Positions 41,795 through 51,791 of a stretch of 64,000 nt of DNA are shown one piece after another. The stretch is from a virus. A program made the translations under genes and the position numbers. Every line of letters starts with the position of its first letter. Position 1 is the stretch's first letter. The notes beneath the pieces are model-generated. The model was not told where the DNA came from, made no database searches, and saw only the letters and a program-made list of their open reading frames with translations. The DNA is taken from the IMG/VR virus record IMGVR_UViG_3300010224_000001, positions 64,001 to 128,000 of that record. One strand, given 5' to 3'.

Positions 41795-41827
41795 CCCTAG
41801 TCTCTTTTATTTACGTTGACGGTAGCT

Positions 41828-42427
41828 CTAACTTACGTGCAATAAAGCTTCATTTCTACGTTCTCGATAAAGCCTCATTTGGGCGTCTACAATTTTCGTA
41901 CGGATAATGTTCCGTTGTTGCATTGTGAAGTTAGAACCGTCGGAATCTAGGAAAAGGTTAACGGCGTCATTGACAACTTTCCGCAATGTGAGTTCGTCTG
42001 GGGTGTCCTTAGGGAACACAACGTCAAGCACATGTTGCGGTACATCTTTAACCGGTAGGTCGTACTTACTGAATTCACGGAAGACATCCTTGAACTGACC
42101 GTAGTACACATCGTGGTCGATGAACAGAACATTGTTAGCGCGATGATCGGTTAACTTCATGGTGTTCCAGTTAACATAATTCTCACGCATATTCATCCAG
42201 GTAATTTCCATACCAGGAACTGACCAGCCACGAGCAATCCAGTCATCAGCAGAACGCTTATCCTTCATCAGAACAGTGACTGCTTGACCGGACTGTGCAG
42301 CGGCTTTCGCCGCCTCCATCATGCGAGTAGTCCGGCCACTTTGACGCTTGTAGTAATCCATACCGAAATGTTCAAGTTTATCCTTGATCTCGGTAGGTGT
42401 TTTAGATTCTGGAAAATCCATCATCAT
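41828..42427 (-). CDS. Small P-loop-like protein
   Basis: RQSGRTT (Walker A-like, Lys replaced by Arg) and LFIDH (Walker B-like). Confidence 0.5.
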   Translation of the reverse strand: MMMDFPESKTPTEIKDKLEHFGMDYYKRQSGRTTRMMEAAKAAAQSGQAVTVLMKDKRSADDWIARGWSVPGMEITWMNMRENYVNWNTMKLTDHRANNVLFIDHDVYYGQFKDVFREFSKYDLPVKDVPQHVLDVVFPKDTPDELTLRKVVNDAVNLFLDSDGSNFTMQQRNIIRTKIVDAQMRLYRERRNEALLHVS

Positions 42428-42439
42428 GTTGATTATCCT

Positions 42440-43939
42440 TTATGCGCTCAATGTAATTGGCGTGCCTTTAGTCAGGACGTACGGTGCAGCTTTGTCAACG
42501 ATCTTAGCAGCAGCTTCTGCACCAACCAGTTGATCATACCAGTACGGATGATACAGACCACGACGCATCTTCAGAAGGTCCATCGTCGACAGATAGGGAA
42601 CTGGATGCTCACCCAGCGTCCACCAGCCACGAGTATCAAGCAGAACGTCCCAGTCGTAACCTTTGGCTTTCAGATCATCGTAGAGCTGCTTAGGCGAGCA
42701 CAGAATGTTCTTACCATCCAGCTGTGGCCAATGTTCTTCCATCTGCTTCATCTGGCAAGTGATCTCGATCGCACGACACAGGCGAGGATCGGCATCGATC
42801 TTACCGCGGATAGTCGGACGAGTCAGTTTCAGAGCCGGGTAGATAGCTAGCCAGTAAGTAACGTTGTTACCTTCAAAACCATAGTCACGTTCCGAGATGT
42901 AGTGGAATTCCGTCAAAACTGGCAGAACACCTTCGGACTGCGAGCAAATGATTTGGTGGCTAATGCCGGATTGACCATTCTTACTACGCAGCTGTTTGAT
43001 CTTAACCAGAGTCAGGTCAGGATCAAGTTGACCATCTTGTTCTGATGCATTACGCGGGTACTTAGGCGATTTATCCGAACTGCTGTTAGTCAGGATAGTC
43101 GAGCTTTCGCACCACCAGCAATCGTGCATCGCAAAGGTAAAGCGAGCAGTCACGCCTTTCAGAGCACTGTCAGAACTCATGTGACGCAGCTGTTGCGGCG
43201 GCGGGGCGTGCGGCGAAGCACCAATCGTTTGATTTTGACCCACCTGAGCGACCAGCGACATGTAGTTATTCGCACCTACAGTCACACGCGGCATTTCCGA
43301 GATGAAGTTGGACTTCACCAGACCCAAACGCATGTTGATGATGTTTTGGTCTTTATTGCCCAGTTCGGTTTTATCACGCACCGCATCAACGTCATCAGTA
43401 TCGAATTCAGTGAAGCTGTCGACAATGGTGAACGTCGGTTTGAGCATCTTAAACATCGACAGACCGTCACGATCCACGAATGGCGAAGCAACATAGTTGC
43501 TCTTGTCTTTGCGCTTAGCTTCCATCCAAGCTTTGAACATGTCGAACCACTTGTTACCAGTATGCTTCTCTTTGTCAGTAACAATAAAGCGACCAGTTTC
43601 CATCGGATGGTTCAAACCAGTCATGGATGGGATCTTATCCACAGCTTGGTCAATCAGACGACGCACACGAGATTCACGGATGTTAATCTCAGTATCGTAC
43701 AGGCTACCGCCAAATTCACTAAACCGGCTCATGGCCGTGAAGTTCATCCAGTAAAGAATCGTTGATTTAAACAGGTTACCTTTACCAACGAACGACATAA
43801 TGTGCGACAGGCCGCCTGAGAGAATCTCCTCGCCATGTTTGCCAATGTAATACGTGCCGTTCAGGATATCGAATCCTGCTCCGACATTGATGCTCGGTTT
43901 AATGAAATCTACCGGCTCAAAAGTGGGCATTAAACTCAC
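42440..43939 (-). CDS. uvsX: RecA/UvsX-like recombinase (phiKZ gp152-like)
   Basis: Walker A GKGNLFKS, YDTE, Walker B IVDS and RSKNG motifs. Confidence 0.82.
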   Translation of the reverse strand: MSLMPTFEPVDFIKPSINVGAGFDILNGTYYIGKHGEEILSGGLSHIMSFVGKGNLFKSTILYWMNFTAMSRFSEFGGSLYDTEINIRESRVRRLIDQAVDKIPSMTGLNHPMETGRFIVTDKEKHTGNKWFDMFKAWMEAKRKDKSNYVASPFVDRDGLSMFKMLKPTFTIVDSFTEFDTDDVDAVRDKTELGNKDQNIINMRLGLVKSNFISEMPRVTVGANNYMSLVAQVGQNQTIGASPHAPPPQQLRHMSSDSALKGVTARFTFAMHDCWWCESSTILTNSSSDKSPKYPRNASEQDGQLDPDLTLVKIKQLRSKNGQSGISHQIICSQSEGVLPVLTEFHYISERDYGFEGNNVTYWLAIYPALKLTRPTIRGKIDADPRLCRAIEITCQMKQMEEHWPQLDGKNILCSPKQLYDDLKAKGYDWDVLLDTRGWWTLGEHPVPYLSTMDLLKMRRGLYHPYWYDQLVGAEAAAKIVDKAAPYVLTKGTPITLSA

Positions 43940-44089
43940 TTTGTTTCTCCGCGTTAGGTTGTTTGTATTAAAAAAAGACTAAAAACTTGTGTACTGCACC
44001 AGACTATTGGTGAGGTTGATTTAATTTTATGTGATTCTGTTATAGGCGAATCATTGTTACTAACACATTCTTCTGACGGACGAACGACC

Positions 44090-44941
44090 ATGCGCCCAAA
44101 ATTTAAAATTCAACACGATCCGATGTCGGAACTGGATCGTCTCCGTAACAACGTAAGTATGGAAGCCATTAGCTTTGACGGTATCAAATCCGCACTCGCT
44201 GATTTCTTACCCGCAGTCAAAGAGAATTTCGAACGCTTTGCGAATAAGTTTTCGTCGCGTGAATTACCGATCGCACTGAAAGCTAACGAACGTGAGTTTA
44301 TTCAACTTCTGAATAAAACACAGTATTTGAAGATGACGTCATACGCAGTTTTCGTTCCGGAAGGTTTAGCTGTTCCTTATCTGGTTTATCTGGAAACTCT
44401 GAAAGACGCTGTTGATCACTGCTTCCAAACGACGGAAAAATCGCTCAACGAATTTACGACGTCGCTCGCACAAGTGATCACCAACCGCGAAGTTAAGTAC
44501 TACGTGGCTCCCATGAAGTCGAAGTTTGACGCAATGGAAAAGACTCGCGCTCTGTTAGTGAAACGTTTGGGCGAATGCTTTAACCAAACTTCTAACACGA
44601 CCGCAGCTTATGAAGACGTAGTTGCTCGTAACACTGAATGGTCACAAATCTTCTCCTTACTGGATGTGGTGTCGAACACGACTAACAAAATCAGTCACGA
44701 TCACCTGCATAAGAAGTCGGAAGAATGTAATATGTTACTCTCGACCATTATCCGTCAAATCCAAAATGGTGAATATACGGATGCGGGTCCTGAGGTAACA
44801 AACAACCTGTCCAATGGCGCCTACCAAGTCGCTTCTGAACTGGAATTCTTCTCGATGGTGTATTACCGCGTCATGACACTCAGCACAGCTATCGCTGATA
44901 CGGTCAATAAAGTTTCTGAGCAAGTTACGCAAGATAATTAA
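44090..44941 (+). CDS. Virion head protein with a short propeptide (start reassigned to MRPKF)
   Basis: VSME|A cleavage-type motif near the N-terminus; divergent from uvsX. Confidence 0.6.
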   Translation: MRPKFKIQHDPMSELDRLRNNVSMEAISFDGIKSALADFLPAVKENFERFANKFSSRELPIALKANEREFIQLLNKTQYLKMTSYAVFVPEGLAVPYLVYLETLKDAVDHCFQTTEKSLNEFTTSLAQVITNREVKYYVAPMKSKFDAMEKTRALLVKRLGECFNQTSNTTAAYEDVVARNTEWSQIFSLLDVVSNTTNKISHDHLHKKSEECNMLLSTIIRQIQNGEYTDAGPEVTNNLSNGAYQVASELEFFSMVYYRVMTLSTAIADTVNKVSEQVTQDN

Positions 44942-44946
44942 ACATA

Positions 44947-45006
44947 CGTCATAAATCCCCTAATGCCCTATTCCTTAAGTGGAGTAGAGTATTAGGGGAT
45001 TATGAG
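44947..45006. terminator. Bidirectional hairpin flanked by CGTCATAA / TTATG
   Basis: ATCCCCTAAT...ATTAGGGGAT. Confidence 0.65.
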
Positions 45007-45008
45007 CA

Positions 45009-45410
45009 TTACACGCCAAGTGTGGCGCGATTATTAAGGATGACAGCAACGTCTTTTTCCACGTCTTCAGTTTTACCATACACCATCCATTTAGGCGTAT
45101 TCTTAAGAATATTGCCGACAAGGCTGGTAATGGTTTCAGCGCTAAACTTGCAATCCACAGAAAGGTCTTGTTGACATACCTCCGATGAACTCTTGCCATT
45201 CCAAATGACCTTAGACAAGATAGCAGGAACAGCCAGAGCTTTATCGGTGGATTCTGATAGACTCAGCACCTGATTGAGCTTTTGATAAGTTTCTTGATCA
45301 AAATTGGTAACATCATTTATCAAAGCGACAAAAGAAACCACAAACATTTGGCGCTTTGTTTTCGCTGGTAAGGTGTCGTCGAGCATAGCTCCAATCAAAC
45401 GCCTGAGCAT
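45009..45410 (-). CDS. Conserved hypothetical protein
   Basis: 133 aa, AGGAG RBS. Confidence 0.6.
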   Translation of the reverse strand: MLRRLIGAMLDDTLPAKTKRQMFVVSFVALINDVTNFDQETYQKLNQVLSLSESTDKALAVPAILSKVIWNGKSSSEVCQQDLSVDCKFSAETITSLVGNILKNTPKWMVYGKTEDVEKDVAVILNNRATLGV

Positions 45411-45508
45411 GAGTACTCCTTCTGTAACATCCCAATATACTTAGCCAGAGGTCTTAGAACAATAGCTAAGGACAAAAAAATAGACTCCCATTACTGAGAG
45501 TCCGTTTT

Positions 45509-47026
45509 TCATGCAATGTCTGCTTTCTTCGGAAGGATGATCTTAAGGTTACTAAAATAACCGGCCCAGATCCCGATACCATCTTTAGTTTCAATGATGG
45601 TGGCGTGACGGAATGCTTGTGGCTCTTCAGACCAGGTTACTACTTTCACCACAGGTTCATCATCTTCGAGGCGACGCAGTGCGTTACGATCTAGCAGGTC
45701 AATGCCGAGAGAGAGTTTGATGTTGACTTGATCCAGCGTACCGTCCGGTCGCACAAACGAGATATCCGCTGGCAGGTCAGAATAACCTACCTTGAATTCA
45801 GGTTTTAGCTTCGTAATACGCTTCTCAACATCCTTCTTCGTCTCGATCGTCGTCTCATAAAGTATGGGAGTCAGGTCAGTGACAGTCAGGTAAGTTTCCT
45901 TAGCCAGATAGTCGTCAAGAGTCATACCCAAGGCACGGATTGCATCAATAGCACGCTGCGCAATGATGGGCTCACGCAGTTCTTTCATCAACGGTTCTTC
46001 ATCATGACCATGTAAGTCAAGACGATCCGAACGCGGACGCACCATGGTGAGTGGTCCCCAGTTGGTGATTTGCTTATGGATATCCGAACGATACAGGTAA
46101 TCCAGTCGTGCCAACATGATGCTATTTACGCCGTTAGCGATATCGCAGGTATAACGACGCAGGGTTTCCAGTGCTGGATCGACTTCTTTCATCCGCACTA
46201 ACGAGAAGGCACCATCTGCCATGCGCTTACCGCACATGTCGTCGTCTGTACCATGTTCGCCAAAGTAATACTCGCCTGCTGCAAAGTGTTCGATCTGGCT
46301 ATTGAAATACATACGACGATGGTTAAAGAAGGCGTGACGATTTGTCTCGTACTTCCAGTAACCTTGCGCATCAGTCAGTTTGATTTCTTTCTTCTCAATC
46401 CGGTTAGAAGAATGACGCATGCCGATGTAGGCCATCACGTCAGCCATCTCATTGCCGAAGTTACCATTGTGACCACGGTTCCATTCCAGCGATACTGCTG
46501 CGCCTTTAGCTTTCAAAGACTCGTATGCGGTCAAGAAACGTTTCCACAATTCGACGTTACCAGGTGGTCGACCGTCGCTCTTTACCCAGTTGTTCTTACG
46601 CCAGTTAAATGCAAACTGCAGGTTCTTGCAAACATACTCACTGTCCGTGCGGATTGTAACCAGCATCGCATCTTGTTCTAGCGCTAATTCCAGACCTTCA
46701 CAGGCGCCGCACAGTTCGCCGTAGTTATTCGTTAACTCTTGGTTAAACGAACCCCAGCCGTCGACGTATTGCAGTGGTGTGACAATCTTAACGTTCGGGT
46801 TTAATGCTTTCTCTGCTTTAGAAAGATAATCTTTAGCAGTCAGCACGTAGTCAGGATTACCCGTACCTTTTGTCGGTTCGACATCTTCAAAAATGTATCC
46901 ATGCATGCCCCAACCAGTAAACCCTGGATTTGGTCTTGCACTACCATCTGAGTGAAGCATTATTCCCTTAACTGCTTTGGGCTTTTCCTCATCAGTTTTG
47001 ACATCATTCTTTTCTTTGTTTGCCAT
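45509..47026 (-). CDS. rnhA: Ribonuclease HI with C-terminal extension (phiKZ gp155-like); C-terminal part of ORF 45509..47740
   Basis: HSDGS, TNNYGEL, TDSEY, GH.G..GNEMAD give the full D-E-D-D set; internal ATG at 47026. Confidence 0.88.
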   Translation of the reverse strand: MANKEKNDVKTDEEKPKAVKGIMLHSDGSARPNPGFTGWGMHGYIFEDVEPTKGTGNPDYVLTAKDYLSKAEKALNPNVKIVTPLQYVDGWGSFNQELTNNYGELCGACEGLELALEQDAMLVTIRTDSEYVCKNLQFAFNWRKNNWVKSDGRPPGNVELWKRFLTAYESLKAKGAAVSLEWNRGHNGNFGNEMADVMAYIGMRHSSNRIEKKEIKLTDAQGYWKYETNRHAFFNHRRMYFNSQIEHFAAGEYYFGEHGTDDDMCGKRMADGAFSLVRMKEVDPALETLRRYTCDIANGVNSIMLARLDYLYRSDIHKQITNWGPLTMVRPRSDRLDLHGHDEEPLMKELREPIIAQRAIDAIRALGMTLDDYLAKETYLTVTDLTPILYETTIETKKDVEKRITKLKPEFKVGYSDLPADISFVRPDGTLDQVNIKLSLGIDLLDRNALRRLEDDEPVVKVVTWSEEPQAFRHATIIETKDGIGIWAGYFSNLKIILPKKADIA

Positions 47027-47740
47027 TACTTTTTTCCATTCAGGGAATTTATCATTGTTTAGACGGTAAGTAACCGCCGTAGTGGTCATTTGCAATTGAC
47101 GTGCAGCTTCAGCTATAGAAGGGTAGATAACGCCTTTTATAGATACAGGCATAGATGTTGCTTCTATACCCTTCGCTAAATTTGGTAAGCATTTTTCAAT
47201 CATAACGTCGCGATGTTCTTTCCATTGCTTCGTTATCATTTCCTTAAGAGCCGTCTTTAGATGAGGATTTTCATCTATTTTCTTCTTACTAGCTGCCGAC
47301 ATCTTAGCTAGCCTAGTTTCGTCGTACTTAACACCCAAGCTAGGCTTTCTAGCATCTGTTCCATAATTACATAAACGAGGATCTCCCTGAAAGGTGTCTA
47401 TGCATCTTTGTTCTAGATCGAAAGCTTCCTCTCGATTATTAGTCGGAATATAAAGGAATATAAACTTTCGAATCGCTGACGCATTAAATGCTTTTTGTAG
47501 TTTAGGGCATTCGTGTACGTCATTTTTTAGATCAGCAATGTGTTTGATTCTACGACGGTAGATATGATTGCTACTGCCGAAATACAAAGCTGGGTTATCT
47601 GGAATATAGATGGCATAAAGACCATCTGTTCGAACAAATTTTTTAAGATCACCAAAGCCGTAGGGATTTTCAGATTGTTGCGCTTTAACAATTTCCGAAA
47701 GCACCCAGGCTTTGATGTCTTCCGGGTATGATGAGATCAT
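47027..47740 (-). mobile_element. GIY-YIG homing endonuclease, in frame with RNase H
   Basis: GLYAI...LYFGSS...RR..H motif, conserved E (LEQ) and N (LCN), C-terminal I.GVIYPSIAEAAR HTH; AT-richer than flanks. Confidence 0.82.
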
Positions 47741-47811
47741 CTAGGTTTCTACGTAAGTGTAATACGACTACACAATTACGGAGTCACGTAAAAAACCTTT
47801 TTAGGACTAAA

Positions 47812-48225
47812 CTACTGCCTGCATAGAGCTTTATGTTCAGATTGTGCTTCGATCAACTCACGTCTAGTCTTACTAATGAATAGACGCAAGTCATCGATAT
47901 GCTTTCTTTCAATTCGTTCGATTGCAACTGCATTACCATTTGCAGCAATAATCTCTTTTAGCGGTAGCTCAGGCGCCGATCCCATTGCGGGATAATTAAA
48001 GTTCTTACACTTATCATCGTCAGCAGCTACCGCTACTGATTCCGTGTGCGGTTTAACGTCGTCGTCTGTGATACCAATAGTTGATGCTGCCAGGTTACCA
48101 GTATTGGCTGTTGCGGCTGGAAACTGATACGTGTTGAAGCTGTTATTAAAGCTGCTGCAACCGGCAATCAGTACCACAAAAAGAGATGATTGAATTAAAA
48201 AGGTGCGTTTCATTGATGTCCTCAA
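47812..48225 (-). CDS. Lipoprotein, probable o-spanin
   Basis: Signal peptide with lipobox IAG|C; ATGA overlap with an upstream membrane protein. Confidence 0.6.
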   Translation of the reverse strand: MRTSMKRTFLIQSSLFVVLIAGCSSFNNSFNTYQFPAATANTGNLAASTIGITDDDVKPHTESVAVAADDDKCKNFNYPAMGSAPELPLKEIIAANGNAVAIERIERKHIDDLRLFISKTRRELIEAQSEHKALCRQ

Positions 48226-48704
48226 TCGGTAATGGGATTGCGAAGTTCCTTTTCCTCACGCTGACGAATCTTTTCAAACTGTTGTTTGATCTGATCTACA
48301 TCAGCTTTTGAAGCGGGTCCTTTGTCCTCTTCCTTTTTAGGGCTGGGTTTTTTCTCTGTAGCCGGAGACTTTTCTTTGGCTCGTTCTTTATTGGTTTCTT
48401 TAATCTGAATCTGCTGTTCAAGACCATTTGCATTCGGATACTTGGAAGAACTCGTCACACGGTTGTAGCGTGCTTCCAGTTCTTTGTATCTCTTGTCTAA
48501 TGTCACGTATTGCACCGACATTGACACGAGACGTGGTACAGTGAGAAAGTTCAACCCGAACGAAACGATGATTAGAGTAATAAAGAAAACCTTCTTCTTA
48601 TTGTCTCTCAGTGCAGCAAGAAGAGATTTTCTTCCCAGGACCATTTCTCTAATGAAAGGCCACATGTAGGGAAGAACTTTCAAAAAGATTTTAAAAGCAA
48701 CCAT
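48222..48704 (-). CDS. Membrane-anchored protein, probable i-spanin (start MVAFK)
   Basis: KKK followed by TM segment VFFITLIIVSFGLNFL, then coiled-coil; upstream of the lipoprotein. Confidence 0.55.
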   Translation of the reverse strand: MVAFKIFLKVLPYMWPFIREMVLGRKSLLAALRDNKKKVFFITLIIVSFGLNFLTVPRLVSMSVQYVTLDKRYKELEARYNRVTSSSKYPNANGLEQQIQIKETNKERAKEKSPATEKKPSPKKEEDKGPASKADVDQIKQQFEKIRQREEKELRNPITD

Positions 48705-48828
48705 TCGTTTTCCTTTTGGGTTATTGTATAGGCATGAGACCATTCTACTACCTTTTTGTCCATCTTACCAAATAGACAAGAGGTGATTTTTTTGATTATT
48801 ACCACGTCATAGACGGTAGGAGATTTCG

Positions 48829-50133
48829 ATGTACGTGATGAAAGGGTTCATTAGTAACACCGCTCTTACGAACAACACCCCCGGTGTCGTTGCTCGTATG
48901 GGTGAGTTGTCTCCTAAATCGAATACATACGCTCGAGAAAAAGGCGTATATGCAGATAAGGATCAAGCACCCAACCTAATGCTGACCAGTTTCCTCTCCA
49001 ATGATGGAACTTCGTCGGTCGCTGTTCCGCCTTTGATTGTCGCACAGATTTTGACAGTGGCAAATTTCGTCTACAGCACAACAACAGGCGCAGTTGATAC
49101 ACCTGCTACTGTATTGCTGGAGAACTTGATTGTCTCGTTCACAGGGAAAGCCGAAAATTTCCAATGTGGTACGATGATTGCTGATGATACACGTGCTTTG
49201 CCAGAGTGGATTTCCTGGAAGAGCGATGTAGACTCTAATAACCCGGATAACTTTATTAAGATCTGGTTTACCGACGATGCTTTCAGTGCTCAATATGACG
49301 AGTATGAAATCGTTGTCGTGCCACCTACTGATGTCTTAGATAACTTCTTTGGTTCCGGTACATCTGTTGGAACGTTCTTAAAAGCGCTGACGCCTACGAT
49401 CCACACGCAACGTTTGCAAGCGGCTCGTCAAGGTTATCCTGAGACAACGATTCGTACCGAGTCGTTCAATTACATTGACCCGGCAAATAGCGGCAATATC
49501 GTAGCATCGTTATGGGGTATTATCATCTACGGTGTTTCTGGTAATAATGATGACTCCATCAAAGATGCTTTGATGAATTACATCTTAGCCAATAGCACCC
49601 ATACTCGTGATGAGTGGATTAATATCCTGCCCGACATTTTCAAGCGGACAGAGTTCTTACTCATTCCGTTATGGGAGCAAGTCGCTATCTCAGGATTGCT
49701 GGTGAACGTTGGTATCTATTCACCGCAAATAAAAGTGACCACCGCTCTTGCCAAAGCAAAAGAGGTGGCTAATCTATACCCTGCGTCTCATATTGATTCG
49801 CATCTTACAGTCATGGTTCACCCTTACAAGTCGATTTCGATCCTCTGTATTGGTAGTCCGGACAATCGTGATGCGCTATATGAGCTGCCGCAAATCTTCC
49901 CTGATTTGATCGCAGTGGCTTCCACCAGTGTTGACTTTAACCGTATGGAAGCAGATACGCAGACCTGGGCGGAAGACTTAGAGAGCATGCTGTATGTGGC
50001 TGAAGAGATGGGTCAATTCACCACGGTGCCGGAAGATATGACCAAAATCAAACGTGGTAATATCCTCTACCTGGCAAAGAACTTTGGCAACATCAACTAC
50101 CTGGTCGCTGCTAAATCGAACTTCGATGCATAA
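48829..50133 (+). CDS. Virion structural protein
   Basis: 434 aa; LKGF-like/GELS N-terminus, FxxQYDEYEI and PDIFKRTEF motifs recalled from phiKZ-like structural proteins. Confidence 0.6.
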   Translation: MYVMKGFISNTALTNNTPGVVARMGELSPKSNTYAREKGVYADKDQAPNLMLTSFLSNDGTSSVAVPPLIVAQILTVANFVYSTTTGAVDTPATVLLENLIVSFTGKAENFQCGTMIADDTRALPEWISWKSDVDSNNPDNFIKIWFTDDAFSAQYDEYEIVVVPPTDVLDNFFGSGTSVGTFLKALTPTIHTQRLQAARQGYPETTIRTESFNYIDPANSGNIVASLWGIIIYGVSGNNDDSIKDALMNYILANSTHTRDEWINILPDIFKRTEFLLIPLWEQVAISGLLVNVGIYSPQIKVTTALAKAKEVANLYPASHIDSHLTVMVHPYKSISILCIGSPDNRDALYELPQIFPDLIAVASTSVDFNRMEADTQTWAEDLESMLYVAEEMGQFTTVPEDMTKIKRGNILYLAKNFGNINYLVAAKSNFDA

Positions 50134-50147
50134 TGCGGGGTGATTAA

Positions 50148-50777
50148 ATGACCTACCTTAATCCTCCAGTTGGGATGGTCGGGACAATCTCATTAAACGC
50201 TCCGTTTACTAATGCGGTTGTTGCTAACCTTCCCTACACAGTTCGTTCTGTCTCATCGCTTAAGGCGCTTGCTGCTGATGGTAAGGATCCCTACGCGCTG
50301 TACTATCAAGACGCTGGTATCAGTGAAGATAAGTACCAAGAAGACTTAACGAACAATGTTTGCATTGTCTCATTAGAGTCGTCCTCTGGTGTGTGGGTGA
50401 ACGTTCCTAACAGTTATCTGGCAAGTTTGCCTTTGACTGGCGGCGTCCCTTACACGACTTATCTGGTAGCTGTGAACCTTGGCCTGTTGCCTGACAATTT
50501 AGATTTGAGTTATTTCAAATCTCAGTTGACTCAATTAGCCCACGACCTGATGGGTGTGGATAATGCAGAAGTAAAAGTGGTTGCTGCTTCTGCTACTCTG
50601 CATTTATCGCAAGCCGATGCTAGCACGATTGAAACTGCGCGTCAGACGGTGATGTCGAATATCACAACTGATCGTGCTTTGTATCTGCAAGAGAAGTCGT
50701 TACGTGAATCTGCGATTCAGCGCATTCAGATATTGGAACAGTACATTACTGACAACATCAGTAAGCTTACGGCATAA
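50148..50777 (+). CDS. Conserved phiKZ-like protein
   Basis: 209 aa, co-oriented with the upstream structural gene. Confidence 0.6.
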   Translation: MTYLNPPVGMVGTISLNAPFTNAVVANLPYTVRSVSSLKALAADGKDPYALYYQDAGISEDKYQEDLTNNVCIVSLESSSGVWVNVPNSYLASLPLTGGVPYTTYLVAVNLGLLPDNLDLSYFKSQLTQLAHDLMGVDNAEVKVVAASATLHLSQADASTIETARQTVMSNITTDRALYLQEKSLRESAIQRIQILEQYITDNISKLTA

Positions 50778-50830
50778 CGTCATACACCCACTACTCTCCG
50801 GTACATTGGAGAGTAGTGGGTGTTATGCTG
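50770..50830. terminator. Bidirectional hairpin flanked by CATA / TTATGCTG
   Basis: ACACCCACTACTCTCC...GGAGAGTAGTGGGTGT. Confidence 0.7.
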
Positions 50831-50837
50831 CTAATTG

Positions 50838-51626
50838 TTAGGAATGAGTCGAAGCATAAATAGCGATGCGACGCAATTCGTCATTAAGATCGGTGAAAAT
50901 CTTATCAAAGTAAGATGAGCTAAACTGAGTGACATTTTTACGAATATAAAGCGTAACGAAATCTTTCTCAGTTTTTGCACCTAAGTCAAAGACAATACGT
51001 GCTTCGTCATTTACGCGTACCGAGTACCATAAACGAGTCGAGGGATCGTCGTTGAACTTATAGGTAAAGAATGATGTACCATACATGCCTGTTTTTGCCA
51101 ATACCCAATCGTTATTTACGTCGATTGTTTCGGAAGATAACGAATTAACAGTAATTGGATAATCGCTAGATTCAATATCACCATCTCTTGTAATTGGTTT
51201 AATGAAACCACGGCAGATAATGCCAAATTCCATTTTGCCAGCAACACTTGGCGACATGTAGTTACCGAACAGTTTCGTTATGATGTCAGACAACAGTTGT
51301 GCTTGAGAGGTATCTTCGATTTTACGCCATTCTTCGCCATGTTTATCCTGGATGCTTTTACTACTGAATAAACCGAATGATGGTAAGACCTCATAGGGAG
51401 CAGAATTGATTATCTCCTTAAGTCTAGTCACCGCAGGACTGTCAACTTTACTTTCAATTGCAACCGATTCCTGTTTAGCTAATGCTGGGTGTCGTGCAAA
51501 TACATCCTTAATGGTTGCATAGCTTGCCAGGTTTAGCGCATTGAGATTCTCAATTTGCAAAGAGCGTTCCGCAATGGCTTTGAGTTCTTTTTGCAGAACA
51601 TTATTAAAAGCTTCGACATCACTCAT
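50838..51626 (-). CDS. Probable head protein with propeptide
   Basis: 262 aa, AAGGA RBS, VAIE|S motif near residue 58. Confidence 0.5.
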   Translation of the reverse strand: MSDVEAFNNVLQKELKAIAERSLQIENLNALNLASYATIKDVFARHPALAKQESVAIESKVDSPAVTRLKEIINSAPYEVLPSFGLFSSKSIQDKHGEEWRKIEDTSQAQLLSDIITKLFGNYMSPSVAGKMEFGIICRGFIKPITRDGDIESSDYPITVNSLSSETIDVNNDWVLAKTGMYGTSFFTYKFNDDPSTRLWYSVRVNDEARIVFDLGAKTEKDFVTLYIRKNVTQFSSSYFDKIFTDLNDELRRIAIYASTHS

Positions 51627-51638
51627 TTGTTATTCCTT

Positions 51639-51752
51639 TTAATTGATGACAACATGCTCGTTAAATTTCGTACCATCTGGCAGCATGATGTTACGTTTAT
51701 CCAATACGCAAATTTCAGCAGTATTGAACGAACCATAACTGACAGCATAGTG
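51639..51752 (-). pseudogene. sbcC: Orphaned second copy of the sbcC 3' end (37 codons plus stop)
   Basis: Manual translation HYAVSYGSFNTAEICVLDKRNIMLPDGTKFNEHVVIN* aligns without gaps to the SbcC end HHQIAYGSFETAEICVLDRRNLALMDGVVYNKHVEMK* (21/37 identical). Confidence 0.9.
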
Positions 51753-51791
51753 AAAGATATATCGTATAGATAAACTAACACTTATTACGAA

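Noticed and set aside
41828-42427. Second terminase ATPase (RQSGRTT)
   Set aside because: Only 199 aa, lacks the Walker A Lys and a nuclease domain; the true terminase is at 2972-5197.
45509-47740. Intein in RNase H
   Set aside because: The nuclease is N-terminal rather than internal, is GIY-YIG type, and no C/S...HN splice motifs are present.
51753-51770. TATATC promoter-like motif on the minus strand
   Set aside because: It lies at the endonuclease insertion boundary next to the sbcC relic, so its strand and role cannot be assigned.
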